Below, in pieces: positions 47,503-57,145 of a DNA stretch of 64,000 bases (position 1 is its first letter; each line of letters opens with the position of its first letter). The stretch is from Candidatus Daviesbacteria bacterium GW2011_GWA1_41_61 (GTDB taxonomy: Bacteria; Patescibacteriota; Microgenomatia; Daviesbacterales; UBA10151). The notes under the pieces were generated by a model. That model was not told the DNA's origin and searched no databases. It saw only the letters and a list, made by a program, of their open reading frames with translations. The position numbers and the translations under genes were made by a program. The stretch covers positions 177,493 to 241,492 of the forward strand of contig LCBT01000001.1 of the NCBI GenBank assembly GCA_000997385.1, given 5' to 3'.

Positions 47503-49197
47503 TTATAACTTAAATTTCTTAAAATGGGGATTTAAAATCCACCATAAAGCTAGCAGTAACCCTGATAAAGACATGATATCTAAAACCTTTTTAAAGTTGG
47601 TTTCAGTAAAACTAATTTTTACCTGATGCTCCCCGGGAGGGACTTTTAGAGTAATCTGGCCAAAGGGTTTCCCAGGGATAATAGCTGCTTGCTGCCCATC
47701 AATTTCTGCCTGCCAACCAGGAAAGAAATACTTATTGAAGTTAATTATCATTGGATTCAAAGCAGAAGTCTCAATTACAACATCAAGCTCACTTCTCTTA
47801 ATAATATTTTTAATGTCCCCGCCCTTGGCACTAACCAGGGGATAATTTTTATCGGGACGCAGTTGGGTATCTTTAGGCAGCCTAAAATATTCTTCTTGTA
47901 TCTGTAAATATTCTTCATTGGCTACTGGTACAGGAATATAGCGTTTCAGATAATAATCATCTCCTCTTCCTAAAAAATCTTCCGGCCGGAAATTACTAAT
48001 ATTTAAAACTATCACCAGCCCAATAAGGGTTGCCGTCATAATCTTAGGTCTTCCTAATTTACCTAAGGTCATGATTAAAAGAGGCGTTATAAAAGTCACC
48101 ATTATTAAAAACCTCCAAGGAAACTGAAAATAGGGGAGGAGGGGTAAATTTTGCCAAAGAGGAGACGAGCGGTGGTTCATCATCATTACAGAAACCGCTA
48201 AGACCAGATAAGCCCAGATCAAAACCACTTTTTCTCCGGGGGAAAACCTCCTCCAAGAAATCGCCAGGATTGGCACTCCTATAATTACTAAACCTAGGTT
48301 GATGGTCCCGATAAAGAAAGGCATCCCATCGTAAGGCCCTGGCACTGAAGCTCCATACCCCCAGTGAGGGGTAATTAGCTGCCTAAGTGTGGGAAAGTGA
48401 TCGACAAAATTAAAAACCGTATCGTATTTCATAAGAACACTTTCCACTATCGCCGGCAGCCAAAAGTAAAGGCTGATTAAAAGACCTAAGAAGACAGTTA
48501 ACATCAGCCCGACTAGACTGAACCATTTTTTAGTCTGTAAAAAGATTCTTAAAAACCCCAGTAAGAAAATAAAAGGCAAAAACATATAAGCGGTGATATT
48601 GTGCGACAGCACTAGGGAAGAGAAGGCCACCCCCCCAATACCCAGCCAACGGTAATTAATCCGTTTAGAATTTTCCACTGATGTCAACTTCACCACTGAT
48701 AAGGCAACCAGGGGTAAGATCGCAAAGGAGACTATCTCCCCGATGGCCCCCCGAATATAGAGATCCACTGCCCGGTAAGGGGTGTAAACATAGATTAAAG
48801 CTCCGGCTAAAGCAAGCCCGCGGTTTTTAACTAACTCTTTAAGCAACCAATACATTCCCAAAGCAGACAAGATAATACTTATAAAAAAGACAGCCTTAAT
48901 ACTATCTACCAACCCTAGACTTAAAAGATGAAAAATTTCTGCTATATAAAAGGGTAAGGGGAATAAAAAATTAAACAAAGGGTAGCTAAAACCAAAACTT
49001 AAATCAGGGGCCAGGCGGGGAGGAATTTGTCCCATGGAAATCGCCCGGTCCATCTGATGAAACCAGCCAATATGCATATCATCGGAAGCTCCATAAAAAC
49101 CAGGCACTAAAAGGGCCCATCCTGCAGGTAATGATAATAAAATCACCCAAACCCAAGTTTTAGTGAAAAATTCTTTGACGTTTTCCATACCAGGCAA
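47503..49197 (-). CDS. polytopic membrane protein, QIP..W.PD family (paralog 2 of 4, divergent motif QIPPRLAPD)
   Basis: 564 aa. ASDDMHIGWFHQMDRAISMGQIPPRLAPDLSFGFSYPLFNFLFPLPFYIAE. The start may instead be the internal Met at 49188. Confidence 0.5.
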   Translation of the reverse strand: MPGMENVKEFFTKTWVWVILLSLPAGWALLVPGFYGASDDMHIGWFHQMDRAISMGQIPPRLAPDLSFGFSYPLFNFLFPLPFYIAEIFHLLSLGLVDSIKAVFFISIILSALGMYWLLKELVKNRGLALAGALIYVYTPYRAVDLYIRGAIGEIVSFAILPLVALSVVKLTSVENSKRINYRWLGIGGVAFSSLVLSHNITAYMFLPFIFLLGFLRIFLQTKKWFSLVGLMLTVFLGLLISLYFWLPAIVESVLMKYDTVFNFVDHFPTLRQLITPHWGYGASVPGPYDGMPFFIGTINLGLVIIGVPILAISWRRFSPGEKVVLIWAYLVLAVSVMMMNHRSSPLWQNLPLLPYFQFPWRFLIMVTFITPLLIMTLGKLGRPKIMTATLIGLVIVLNISNFRPEDFLGRGDDYYLKRYIPVPVANEEYLQIQEEYFRLPKDTQLRPDKNYPLVSAKGGDIKNIIKRSELDVVIETSALNPMIINFNKYFFPGWQAEIDGQQAAIIPGKPFGQITLKVPPGEHQVKISFTETNFKKVLDIMSLSGLLLALWWILNPHFKKFKL

Positions 49198-50848
49198 CTC
49201 CCCCGGTTATCAAAAGTGAAATCAATGTTATTATATTACCCAAGTTTCTAATTGGGGTATTCGTTAATTTCCCAGCCACTTGATATTCTCCGGGCTGTAA
49301 ATCAATCATCACCCGGCCCATTAAATTATCATGAGAGTAGGGAAACTTTTGTCCATTGACTGTCACTTGCCACACCGGAAAATCAAAAACCGGTATTTCC
49401 ACCACTGCTTTCTCAGAAACATTTATGGAAAAATTCCAGCGGTTGGAGCGGTTGTCAAAATCTCCCAATGTAACTTGACCGGACACAATGATTGGTCTGT
49501 TAGGAGCTCTCTCTTGAGGTTCATAGGCTGTTTTGGGAAGGTAATCCAAAATGCTGGCTTTTTGCTGAGTCTCCCACATCTCTCCTGACAACTTTTTCCG
49601 GTCAGTCAGTGTTGGGAAAAAGTGCTCCGGTTTAAAAAAACTCCAATTTAAGGCCATGGTGGAAACTATTATTAAAACCAGTACCACTTTTTTGGCCCGA
49701 CCTGCCAGGATCAATATAAGGGCTCCTCCCAAAAGGCTGGCAGAAAAAATAGCCAGTGACAGGAAACGCCAGGGGAATTGAAAGAAGCGCAAAAGGCCGA
49801 TGGCTTCCCAGACAAAAGCTGATCTATTATGGGTCATAAAAACTGACATTAAAAATGCTAAGGCCAGCAGGATGATTAAGATGAAACCTCTGGCCGGCAG
49901 CTTGTTTAAAAAATCTTTTTTAACCAGCCAACCTAAAAGACCTAAAACTACCGCTGCCGGCACTAGCCACCAATGAGGCCAACCGATTTGAAAAGACAAA
50001 CTATCAAAAGGACCGGGGATTGAAGCCCCATACCCGAAGCTGCGGTCAAAAAACAGCTGCCCGACAGTTACAAAATGCGCCCTAAAATTTAAATCCATTC
50101 TGGTTAAAGTGTCTGTTCGTACTAAAGAAGTTTCCACAAAGGCCGGCAGAAGAAAAAAAGAGGCCAGACCAAAACCTAAAAGTAAACTGAAAACTGTTGT
50201 CTTAAGGTGAGCCCATTTTTGAATCCATAAAAACAAGACCCCCCAGATAAAAATTACCGGCACAAAAAGCAAGGTCATAATATTGTGGGTAGTTAAAAAA
50301 GCTGCCGAGGACAAACTTAAGCCTAAAAAATTTCTTTGGGAGGGCTTTTTGATAAGTCTCAGCAGAAAGTAAAAAACCAGCGGGATTAAAGCCAAAGCAA
50401 AACTTTCTGCCACTGCTCCCCGCACATAAGCGTCTAAAGCCCGGTAAGGAGCAAAAAGGTACAAAGCAGCAGCTGTAATACCGCTTAATCTCCCCCACAG
50501 TTGCCTGGCTAAAAGATACATCGTGACTCCCCCAGCCACCAAGGGAATTAAAAATAAAGCTTTGGCTGCGCCCAGATAGCCTAAAATATAGCTTAAGATT
50601 GCACCCAAATAGTAAGGGAAAACACTATAGTAGTTAAACAACGGGAAGCCGTTACCATACCCCATATCAGGTACCCACCGGCAGGGGATCTGCAGATCTT
50701 CCAGACACTTTCTCATCTCAAAAATCCTCATCACCTGCAGATCGTCATGGTGAGAAAAAAACCCCGGCAAAAACAAGGGCCAACTGACCAAAACAAAGGA
50801 CAGGGTAAAGAAAATTACCAACCAATATTTAGCGATGATTTTTAGCAT
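49160..50848 (-). CDS. polytopic membrane protein, QIPCRWVPD family (paralog 3 of 4)
   Basis: 562 aa. SHHDDLQVMRIFEMRKCLEDLQIPCRWVPDMGYGNGFPLFNYYSVFPYYLG. Confidence 0.5.
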   Translation of the reverse strand: MLKIIAKYWLVIFFTLSFVLVSWPLFLPGFFSHHDDLQVMRIFEMRKCLEDLQIPCRWVPDMGYGNGFPLFNYYSVFPYYLGAILSYILGYLGAAKALFLIPLVAGGVTMYLLARQLWGRLSGITAAALYLFAPYRALDAYVRGAVAESFALALIPLVFYFLLRLIKKPSQRNFLGLSLSSAAFLTTHNIMTLLFVPVIFIWGVLFLWIQKWAHLKTTVFSLLLGFGLASFFLLPAFVETSLVRTDTLTRMDLNFRAHFVTVGQLFFDRSFGYGASIPGPFDSLSFQIGWPHWWLVPAAVVLGLLGWLVKKDFLNKLPARGFILIILLALAFLMSVFMTHNRSAFVWEAIGLLRFFQFPWRFLSLAIFSASLLGGALILILAGRAKKVVLVLIIVSTMALNWSFFKPEHFFPTLTDRKKLSGEMWETQQKASILDYLPKTAYEPQERAPNRPIIVSGQVTLGDFDNRSNRWNFSINVSEKAVVEIPVFDFPVWQVTVNGQKFPYSHDNLMGRVMIDLQPGEYQVAGKLTNTPIRNLGNIITLISLLITGGVAWYGKRQRIFH

Positions 50849-52523
50849 GTTTTCGGCTTAAAAAAATTAATACTCCTAAAACTATTATACTAGTTAGGGT
50901 AATTAAATTACCGATCATTCTAACCGGAGTATTATTTAATCTAGCCTCTAAAATATGCTGGCCGGCAGGAATTTTAAAAGTAATCAACCCCAAGCAAAAT
51001 TCCTGACCCCGGCAGTCATTGTTCCAGTGAGTAATTTTTTGATTATCCACCTTCACCTCCATACCGGGAAAATCATATAAAGGGAGTCTTATTAAAGATA
51101 GTTCCCCTGCTGTAAGTACTCCTTTTTGAAAATTACTTCCTTTTTGATAACTGGAAAAGCTTACCTGGCCTTCTAAAACCTCAGGTTGCAATGGAGCCTT
51201 AGAGGTTGGAGGCAAAGTAGCATAAATGGGCAGGTAATCAAAGATGCTGATGGTTAACTGTTTTTCCCAGGATTTACCGGAAAATTTATCAGCATCGGAA
51301 ATATCATACCACTGGTAAGGTTTAAAAAACCCTCCATAGAAAACCATAACAGCAGCTATTAAGGCTACCCCTAAGACTTTGGCCAACTTTACTTGAGGAA
51401 TCAGATAAACAGCTAAGGCTCCCAGAAGTGATAATAAAAAGATGCTGTCTGCCAGTATCCTCCAGGGAAACTGCAGCCAGGTTAACATACTCAAATGTTC
51501 CCAGATAAAGGTGGATTTTTGATGGATTAAAAATAACACCAACAGATCAACTACAGCCAAGGTTAAAATAACTAAGGACAACTTTTTTTGCTTGCGGAAG
51601 TTTAAAACCCCTAAAGCAACCGCCAAAAGACCTGCTGCCCAGTGGATTACTCCGGTAGTCATCGATAAATCATCTCCCGAACCCAGGTAGGAGGAACCAT
51701 AGCCAAAATGGTTGGATAAAAACAGTTGTTCTAAATTTACAAAGTGCTGGCGGTAGTCAAAATATCCGGAAAGCATGGAATCAATATGAACATAAGGTTT
51801 TTCCAAAAGAACCGGCAGGGTAAAAGTAGCTGCCAGCCCTATCCCTAAGACTCCTCCCAGTATTAGCTTTGTTAAAACCTGCCATCTCTTTTCTAAAATT
51901 AACCACAAAAGTGCCCACACTCCGGCAATAGGCAAAAAGATCATGGACATTAAGTTGTGGGTAAAAAGCAGCAGCCCGATAGATAACCCCATCCAGGCTA
52001 AATATTTTACAAAGCCTTTTTTAATCAGCTGGTAGATTGACCAAAAAATTACCGGGAAAAAGACGAAGGCCCAAAATTCACTCAAAGCTCCCCTGACATA
52101 AACATCTACAGCCTTATAAGGGGCATAAGTGTAAAGTATGGCTCCAACCAAAGCCGGCCAGGAACCTAAAAGAGAACGAAGAAAAATAAACATTGTTATA
52201 GCAGAAAAGATAAAACCTAAAATAAACAGTATTTTGACAGCATCGATAAATTGGAATCCTACTAAATTAAAAATCTCTCCCAGATAATAAACACTGGGGG
52301 GGTAATAGATAAACTGGGGGTAACCATATTGGTAACCGGCATCAGGCACCCATCTACAAGGAATTTGCAGATCCTGGATGCATTTATCCAATTGATGGAT
52401 CCTGAAAGCCTGCAGGTCATCCTGCATCCAAAAAAACCCCGGACGAAGTAGTGTATAAAAAGTAGGGATAATTAATAAAATTAAGGCTACTAAAAACTTA
52501 TTACTCTTGAACCAAATAACCAT
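50829..52523 (-). CDS. polytopic membrane protein, QIPCRWVPD family (paralog 4 of 4)
   Basis: 564 aa. WMQDDLQAFRIHQLDKCIQDLQIPCRWVPDAGYQYGYPQFIYYPPSVYYLGE. Confidence 0.5.
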   Translation of the reverse strand: MVIWFKSNKFLVALILLIIPTFYTLLRPGFFWMQDDLQAFRIHQLDKCIQDLQIPCRWVPDAGYQYGYPQFIYYPPSVYYLGEIFNLVGFQFIDAVKILFILGFIFSAITMFIFLRSLLGSWPALVGAILYTYAPYKAVDVYVRGALSEFWAFVFFPVIFWSIYQLIKKGFVKYLAWMGLSIGLLLFTHNLMSMIFLPIAGVWALLWLILEKRWQVLTKLILGGVLGIGLAATFTLPVLLEKPYVHIDSMLSGYFDYRQHFVNLEQLFLSNHFGYGSSYLGSGDDLSMTTGVIHWAAGLLAVALGVLNFRKQKKLSLVILTLAVVDLLVLFLIHQKSTFIWEHLSMLTWLQFPWRILADSIFLLSLLGALAVYLIPQVKLAKVLGVALIAAVMVFYGGFFKPYQWYDISDADKFSGKSWEKQLTISIFDYLPIYATLPPTSKAPLQPEVLEGQVSFSSYQKGSNFQKGVLTAGELSLIRLPLYDFPGMEVKVDNQKITHWNNDCRGQEFCLGLITFKIPAGQHILEARLNNTPVRMIGNLITLTSIIVLGVLIFLSRKHAKNHR

Positions 52524-52553
52524 TTTTTTATTATATCAGTTTCACTATCTTAC

Positions 52554-54119
52554 TTAGGGTAATGGGGTGAAAGAACTGCTTTCTAAAGGAAATATTTTAA
52601 ATAATAAAATGGCATCTTGAGGGCGGTTTTCTCCCTTAGCTTTAGGGTATTCTCTCAAAAGTTCCATGTTTTCTAAGGCTTGTGGGAAACGGGATTTGTT
52701 AGCCACAAAATAAGTAGGATGCTCTTTGGCAGCCTGTCTTAGCTCATCAGAGACCTCTGCCCTACCCCCTACTATTGAAATCTTTTTACCTTCTGAAGCT
52801 TCATGGGAATACTTGTCCAGGTAAATCTGCAGCCCATCAGGCAAAGTCCCAAAATACCCTTCCGTCCCCACTACTACCCCTTCTTTCCCAGCCTCCTGGA
52901 TTAAAAACTGGGCAATTTCAGAAAAACCGTAACCGGCGGTCCAATCTTCCAGATAACCTCTCCTTTCACCTTGAGGCAAAGGGACAGCTGCCGGGTTTGT
53001 CAGCAGTTGGAAGCTAAAATAAAGCGGAGATAAAAGCAATACTACCAGCAGCAAGCTGAAACTTAAAAATGGTTTTAAGGGGATCCTTGATCTTAAATAC
53101 TCTACTCCCCAGGCTGCCAGTACGAAAAGCGGCGGTATGGTAAATAGGATATAACGGGCGGTAAAAGTTTTTAAAAGGGCCATCTCAGCTGCCAGAGGTA
53201 TCAGACTCCAGACTAGAACAACTAAAGCCGGGAGGTTTTTAAAAATAAAAGTTAAAGCTATGCCCAAAAAGATAAACAACAGTACCGGCCAGGTTAAAAA
53301 GATCGGAAACCAGTTATTAATGTCCCCCAAATGGGGTAAAAAAGGGTCCAAGGGCCTGCCCACCAAATCCAGGGGTGAAAACATATAGTCCTGATTACGG
53401 GAAGAAAGGTTATTAAAGTTAGGACCCAGCCTTAAGGCGTTATATATCACCAGGCCGATGGTTACAGCCACTGCCCACAGCCCCACCATCTTTAAAAGCC
53501 TGGTCTGCCGTAGCTTAGGAGACCAATCAAAGATTAAAGCGGTCAGGGGCAAAGCCAGAAGACTAAACATCCCCGGAGTTTTAGTTAAAATCCCTCCTCC
53601 TAAAGAAAAACCCAGGATCATCGCTAAATCCAACCTTAATTTTTGAGCCAGCAGTAAGGCTAAATTTAAAGACCAAACGGAAAAGGCTGCCAGCAGGGAA
53701 TCTACCAAAGCCATCCTGTCAAAAAAAACCATTAAAGGGGTGATTACTACCAAAAATGCTCCTAAAAGCCCCACCCTTAAATTAAAAACTCTCCAGCCTA
53801 AAAAACCCACTCCCAGTAAAGTTAGATATCCGGAAAGGACAGATAAGATTCTGCCAGCTAGTAGTGGATCAGCAAAAATTTTAAATAGGGGCATCATGGC
53901 CCACATAAAAAGAGGTGTTTTACCATCAGATAAAGGTAAAAATCTCAGTGTTGGTTCAGCCCTCATTACCTGAGCCCACCTGATATAAATCGCCTCATCA
54001 GCAAAAATTGGCTGTAAAGTTAAATTAGGTAACCTTAAGGAAAAATATAAAGCAGTAATTAATAGGAAGAAGAGTATCTCCCATTGATATCTTTTAAGCA
54101 ACTTAACCATATTTGCCAT
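52554..54119 (-). CDS. ArnT/PMT-like GT-C glycosyltransferase (GT39/GT83), lipid-carrier dependent
   Basis: 521 aa. LTLQPIFADEAIYIRWAQVM first-loop DE motif, about 12 TM helices. Located immediately downstream of, and overlapping, a DPM1/ArnC-like GT2 gene. Confidence 0.65.
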   Translation of the reverse strand: MANMVKLLKRYQWEILFFLLITALYFSLRLPNLTLQPIFADEAIYIRWAQVMRAEPTLRFLPLSDGKTPLFMWAMMPLFKIFADPLLAGRILSVLSGYLTLLGVGFLGWRVFNLRVGLLGAFLVVITPLMVFFDRMALVDSLLAAFSVWSLNLALLLAQKLRLDLAMILGFSLGGGILTKTPGMFSLLALPLTALIFDWSPKLRQTRLLKMVGLWAVAVTIGLVIYNALRLGPNFNNLSSRNQDYMFSPLDLVGRPLDPFLPHLGDINNWFPIFLTWPVLLFIFLGIALTFIFKNLPALVVLVWSLIPLAAEMALLKTFTARYILFTIPPLFVLAAWGVEYLRSRIPLKPFLSFSLLLVVLLLSPLYFSFQLLTNPAAVPLPQGERRGYLEDWTAGYGFSEIAQFLIQEAGKEGVVVGTEGYFGTLPDGLQIYLDKYSHEASEGKKISIVGGRAEVSDELRQAAKEHPTYFVANKSRFPQALENMELLREYPKAKGENRPQDAILLFKIFPLESSSFTPLP

Positions 54120-54849
54120 CTAAATCATCTTTTCTGATCCGACCCATATCTTTTAAAGCCTCCAGTGCATCATGGATCAGTTGGACTCTTTCGGTCCCCA
54201 CATGGTGCCAAGTAATCGGCACTTCAGCAATTTTAAAACCCATTTTTCTGGCTAAAAATAACATCTCAATATCAAAACCAGCATTCACAGCAGCCCCTTT
54301 GGCCTTCATCCCCTGCCAAATTTGTAGCATCTTAGGAAAAACTTCCCTGATTGCTTTTTGGTTAAAGGCTTTAAAACCACATTGGGTATCAGCAAAGGGC
54401 AAACCTAAACTGAGGTTTCGGATAACAGCAAAACCCCAGGCAGAAAGTTTTCTGATTAAAGGGGCCCCTTCCCTGCCCTTTCTAGAACCTATGACCACAT
54501 CAAACCCCTCTTCAAACTTAGGAAAAAATTTCTCTATCTGATTAATAGGGGTGGACTGATCCAGATCAGTAAAAACAATTATTTCACCTGAAGCCTTTAA
54601 CATCCCGCTGATGACTGTTAAAGCTTTACCGCCATGGGGATTCCTGATTAACTTAAAACCCTTTTTGCTTTTAATAAACTGCTCAATCACATCGGCAGTC
54701 TTATCGGTGGAACCGTCATCGACAATCAAGACTTCATAAGGGTAAGCTTGTTTTTCCAGGTAAGAAGAAACTTTATCCAAAACCCCGGAAGAGAGGTTTT
54801 TCTCTTCATTATATGCTGGAATAACTACTGACAGTTTAAGGTTACCCAT
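54103..54849 (-). CDS. GT2 polyprenol-phosphate sugar synthase (DPM1/ArnC-like)
   Basis: LSVVIPAYNEEKNL...VLIVDDGSTDKT, IIVFTDLDQSTP and FADTQCGFKAFNQKAIREVF. Confidence 0.8.
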   Translation of the reverse strand: MGNLKLSVVIPAYNEEKNLSSGVLDKVSSYLEKQAYPYEVLIVDDGSTDKTADVIEQFIKSKKGFKLIRNPHGGKALTVISGMLKASGEIIVFTDLDQSTPINQIEKFFPKFEEGFDVVIGSRKGREGAPLIRKLSAWGFAVIRNLSLGLPFADTQCGFKAFNQKAIREVFPKMLQIWQGMKAKGAAVNAGFDIEMLFLARKMGFKIAEVPITWHHVGTERVQLIHDALEALKDMGRIRKDDLDGKYG

Positions 54850-54914
54850 AAGCTACAACTAACATTATATGGAAAGTATCCCCTCCTGGCAATTGTACCT
54901 TCCAACTAAAAAGC

Positions 54915-56417
54915 TTATTTTCCTGAAGGGTTGGGGATTAGTTTAAAAACCTTGATACCATCAATTTCCTTAATCCATTCTACCTTAGCCCAACCATAAG
55001 CTGATATTTCATATTTAGGGCTGTTGATGGGGATACACTCCTCATCCTCACAGACCACAAACAACTGATCAGTAATTTCTACCGGCACCACCTTTGGTTT
55101 ATGCCCATAAAGATCAAGGTAATATTGATAAGCTGAATCATAATTACTTTTAGCCAGCAGGGCAAAATTAAAAGGTTGATTATCGGACTGATCAATAATA
55201 AATCTGGCCACCTCCTGAGTTTTACCCAGTTGGTTATTAGGAGGCAAAAGTAAGGGGCTTTTTTGAAAGTTTACAAAACCTAAAACTATCACAAATACCC
55301 CTCCCGCTATTATCTGCCATTTACCCTTCAAATATCCCAATAGCCCTCCAATTAAAAGATAAGGGGCCGGGTTTAAAAAGCCTAAATAGTGATCATAAAT
55401 TTCATTTTTATAAAAAGACAGGCCTATTAATCCTAAAATTAACCAGACACTTAAAACTTTATAATGCCAAGCCAGAGTTTTACCAGCCATCTTAATTTTT
55501 AGGGAAATCAAAAGTGTTAAAACAATCAGCATTGAGACGAGGAGAGTAACCAGCCAATTTGCCCCGCCTATATACCTCCCTATTAATTTCTCATTAAAAA
55601 TATTGATTATCTCCCCTATTCTGGTAATTAAATTAAAACTGACTGCTTCTCCTTTACCAAAAAACATCTCTTGAGCCCCGCGGTAATTTAAAAAGTTATG
55701 GCGGAAATCAAATAGCACTAAGGGAAACATCAAAAGTATAAAGGCCAAAACAGCACCCACAGTACCAGTTAAAAAGAAGCGTTTAGAAGTTTTACTTAAC
55801 AGCTCCATCAGCCAAAGCACTCCGGCAACAGGTACTAAAATTAAAGCTAAATAGTGCATCTGCAAAGCTCCCGCCAGCACCCCGCCGGATAAAATCAACC
55901 ACCGAAAATCCCGGCTTTTGTGGGCTTTATAAAAACCTAGTATTGCCAGTAAGGAGAAAAAAGGGGTGGGATTAGGGTTCCAGGAAAAACGGGAATAATT
56001 AATATTTACCGGGGAAACAGCATAGAGAAAAGAAGATATAAGGGCCGGATATTTACCAAACCACTCCCTGGCTAAATAATAGATCAATCCTACCGCTGCC
56101 ACTCCAATCAAAGCTACCATCCCTGAAGCAGCTACGGGGTTGAGCCAAAAGACAGCCATGGAGACAACCATCATATAGTAATATAAAGGTCCCAAGTAGA
56201 GATTACCAACTGAAGTAGGAGGACCAATAAAGGGCAAATCATGATCTACCAACAAACTTTTGACAATAATAGCATCCCTTCCCTCATCTCCCAAAAAGGT
56301 CATATATTGATCAATTTTGTAAAACCTGAAAAAGGCTGCCAAAAGTAAGATAAAAGATATTAAAAGAAATTCCCCGCGGTTTTGTTTGATCCACTTGATC
56401 ATCTGATCTTCCACCAC
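54915..56417 (-). CDS. GT-C-type polytopic membrane protein (paralog of 15523..17067 and 26289..27743)
   Basis: 500 aa. FLGDEGRDAIIVKSLLVDHDLPFIGPPTSVGNLYLGPLYYY. Confidence 0.55.
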   Translation of the reverse strand: MVEDQMIKWIKQNRGEFLLISFILLLAAFFRFYKIDQYMTFLGDEGRDAIIVKSLLVDHDLPFIGPPTSVGNLYLGPLYYYMMVVSMAVFWLNPVAASGMVALIGVAAVGLIYYLAREWFGKYPALISSFLYAVSPVNINYSRFSWNPNPTPFFSLLAILGFYKAHKSRDFRWLILSGGVLAGALQMHYLALILVPVAGVLWLMELLSKTSKRFFLTGTVGAVLAFILLMFPLVLFDFRHNFLNYRGAQEMFFGKGEAVSFNLITRIGEIINIFNEKLIGRYIGGANWLVTLLVSMLIVLTLLISLKIKMAGKTLAWHYKVLSVWLILGLIGLSFYKNEIYDHYLGFLNPAPYLLIGGLLGYLKGKWQIIAGGVFVIVLGFVNFQKSPLLLPPNNQLGKTQEVARFIIDQSDNQPFNFALLAKSNYDSAYQYYLDLYGHKPKVVPVEITDQLFVVCEDEECIPINSPKYEISAYGWAKVEWIKEIDGIKVFKLIPNPSGK

Positions 56418-57097
56418 AGTTTAAAAAGATCAAGGTATGATTTTATAATCACTTTTGGCTTAACTCCAGTCGGACTACCTGCCAAACGTGGATAGTGATG
56501 AACAGCAACCTGAGCAATTTTAAAACCGGCTTTCTGGGCTTTAATGACAAGTTCGGCATTAATCATACCCCCGATAGTTGATTCAAGAGGCGGGATTTTT
56601 TCCAAAACTTTTTTACTGACCATTTTAAATCCGGTATCAACATCTTTAATATTTAAACCGAAGAAGAGGAAGAGTGACAATGCCCAGCCCTTGGCAGCTA
56701 ACACTCTAAAAAAATTATCACTCCTTTTTACTTTAAAACTGTAAATAACATCAGCTTGGTCAGTCTTTTCCAAAAACTTCGTTACTTCCGAAAAATCAAA
56801 TTGGCCGTCAGCATCGGTATACACTATCCAATCATACTTAGCATTAGAAAAACCTGCCCTAAGGGCATAACCATAACCCCCCTGGGGGAGGTGGACTGTT
56901 TTAATAAAAGGATGCTCTTTAGCTAACGCATCAGTAACTTCAGGACTTTTATCTTTTGACCCATTCTCTACCAGAATGATTTCATATTCTTTAAGAAGCA
57001 GTTTTTGGAGTACCACAATGGCCTTTTCAACAACAAAAGGGACGTTGCTCTCTTCATTATGAACCGGGAAAAAAACTGATAAAGAGTCTGCCTTCAT
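56399..57097 (-). CDS. GT2 polyprenol-phosphate sugar synthase (DPM1-like, soluble)
   Basis: LSVFFPVHNEESNV...IILVENGSKDKS, VYTDADGQFDF and DVDTGFKMVSKKVLEKI. Confidence 0.75.
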   Translation of the reverse strand: MKADSLSVFFPVHNEESNVPFVVEKAIVVLQKLLLKEYEIILVENGSKDKSPEVTDALAKEHPFIKTVHLPQGGYGYALRAGFSNAKYDWIVYTDADGQFDFSEVTKFLEKTDQADVIYSFKVKRSDNFFRVLAAKGWALSLFLFFGLNIKDVDTGFKMVSKKVLEKIPPLESTIGGMINAELVIKAQKAGFKIAQVAVHHYPRLAGSPTGVKPKVIIKSYLDLFKLWWKIR

Positions 57098-57145
57098 CCC
57101 AATAAGTGTAGCACAGATGGCTAATCTTATGCTAACATAACCTCA

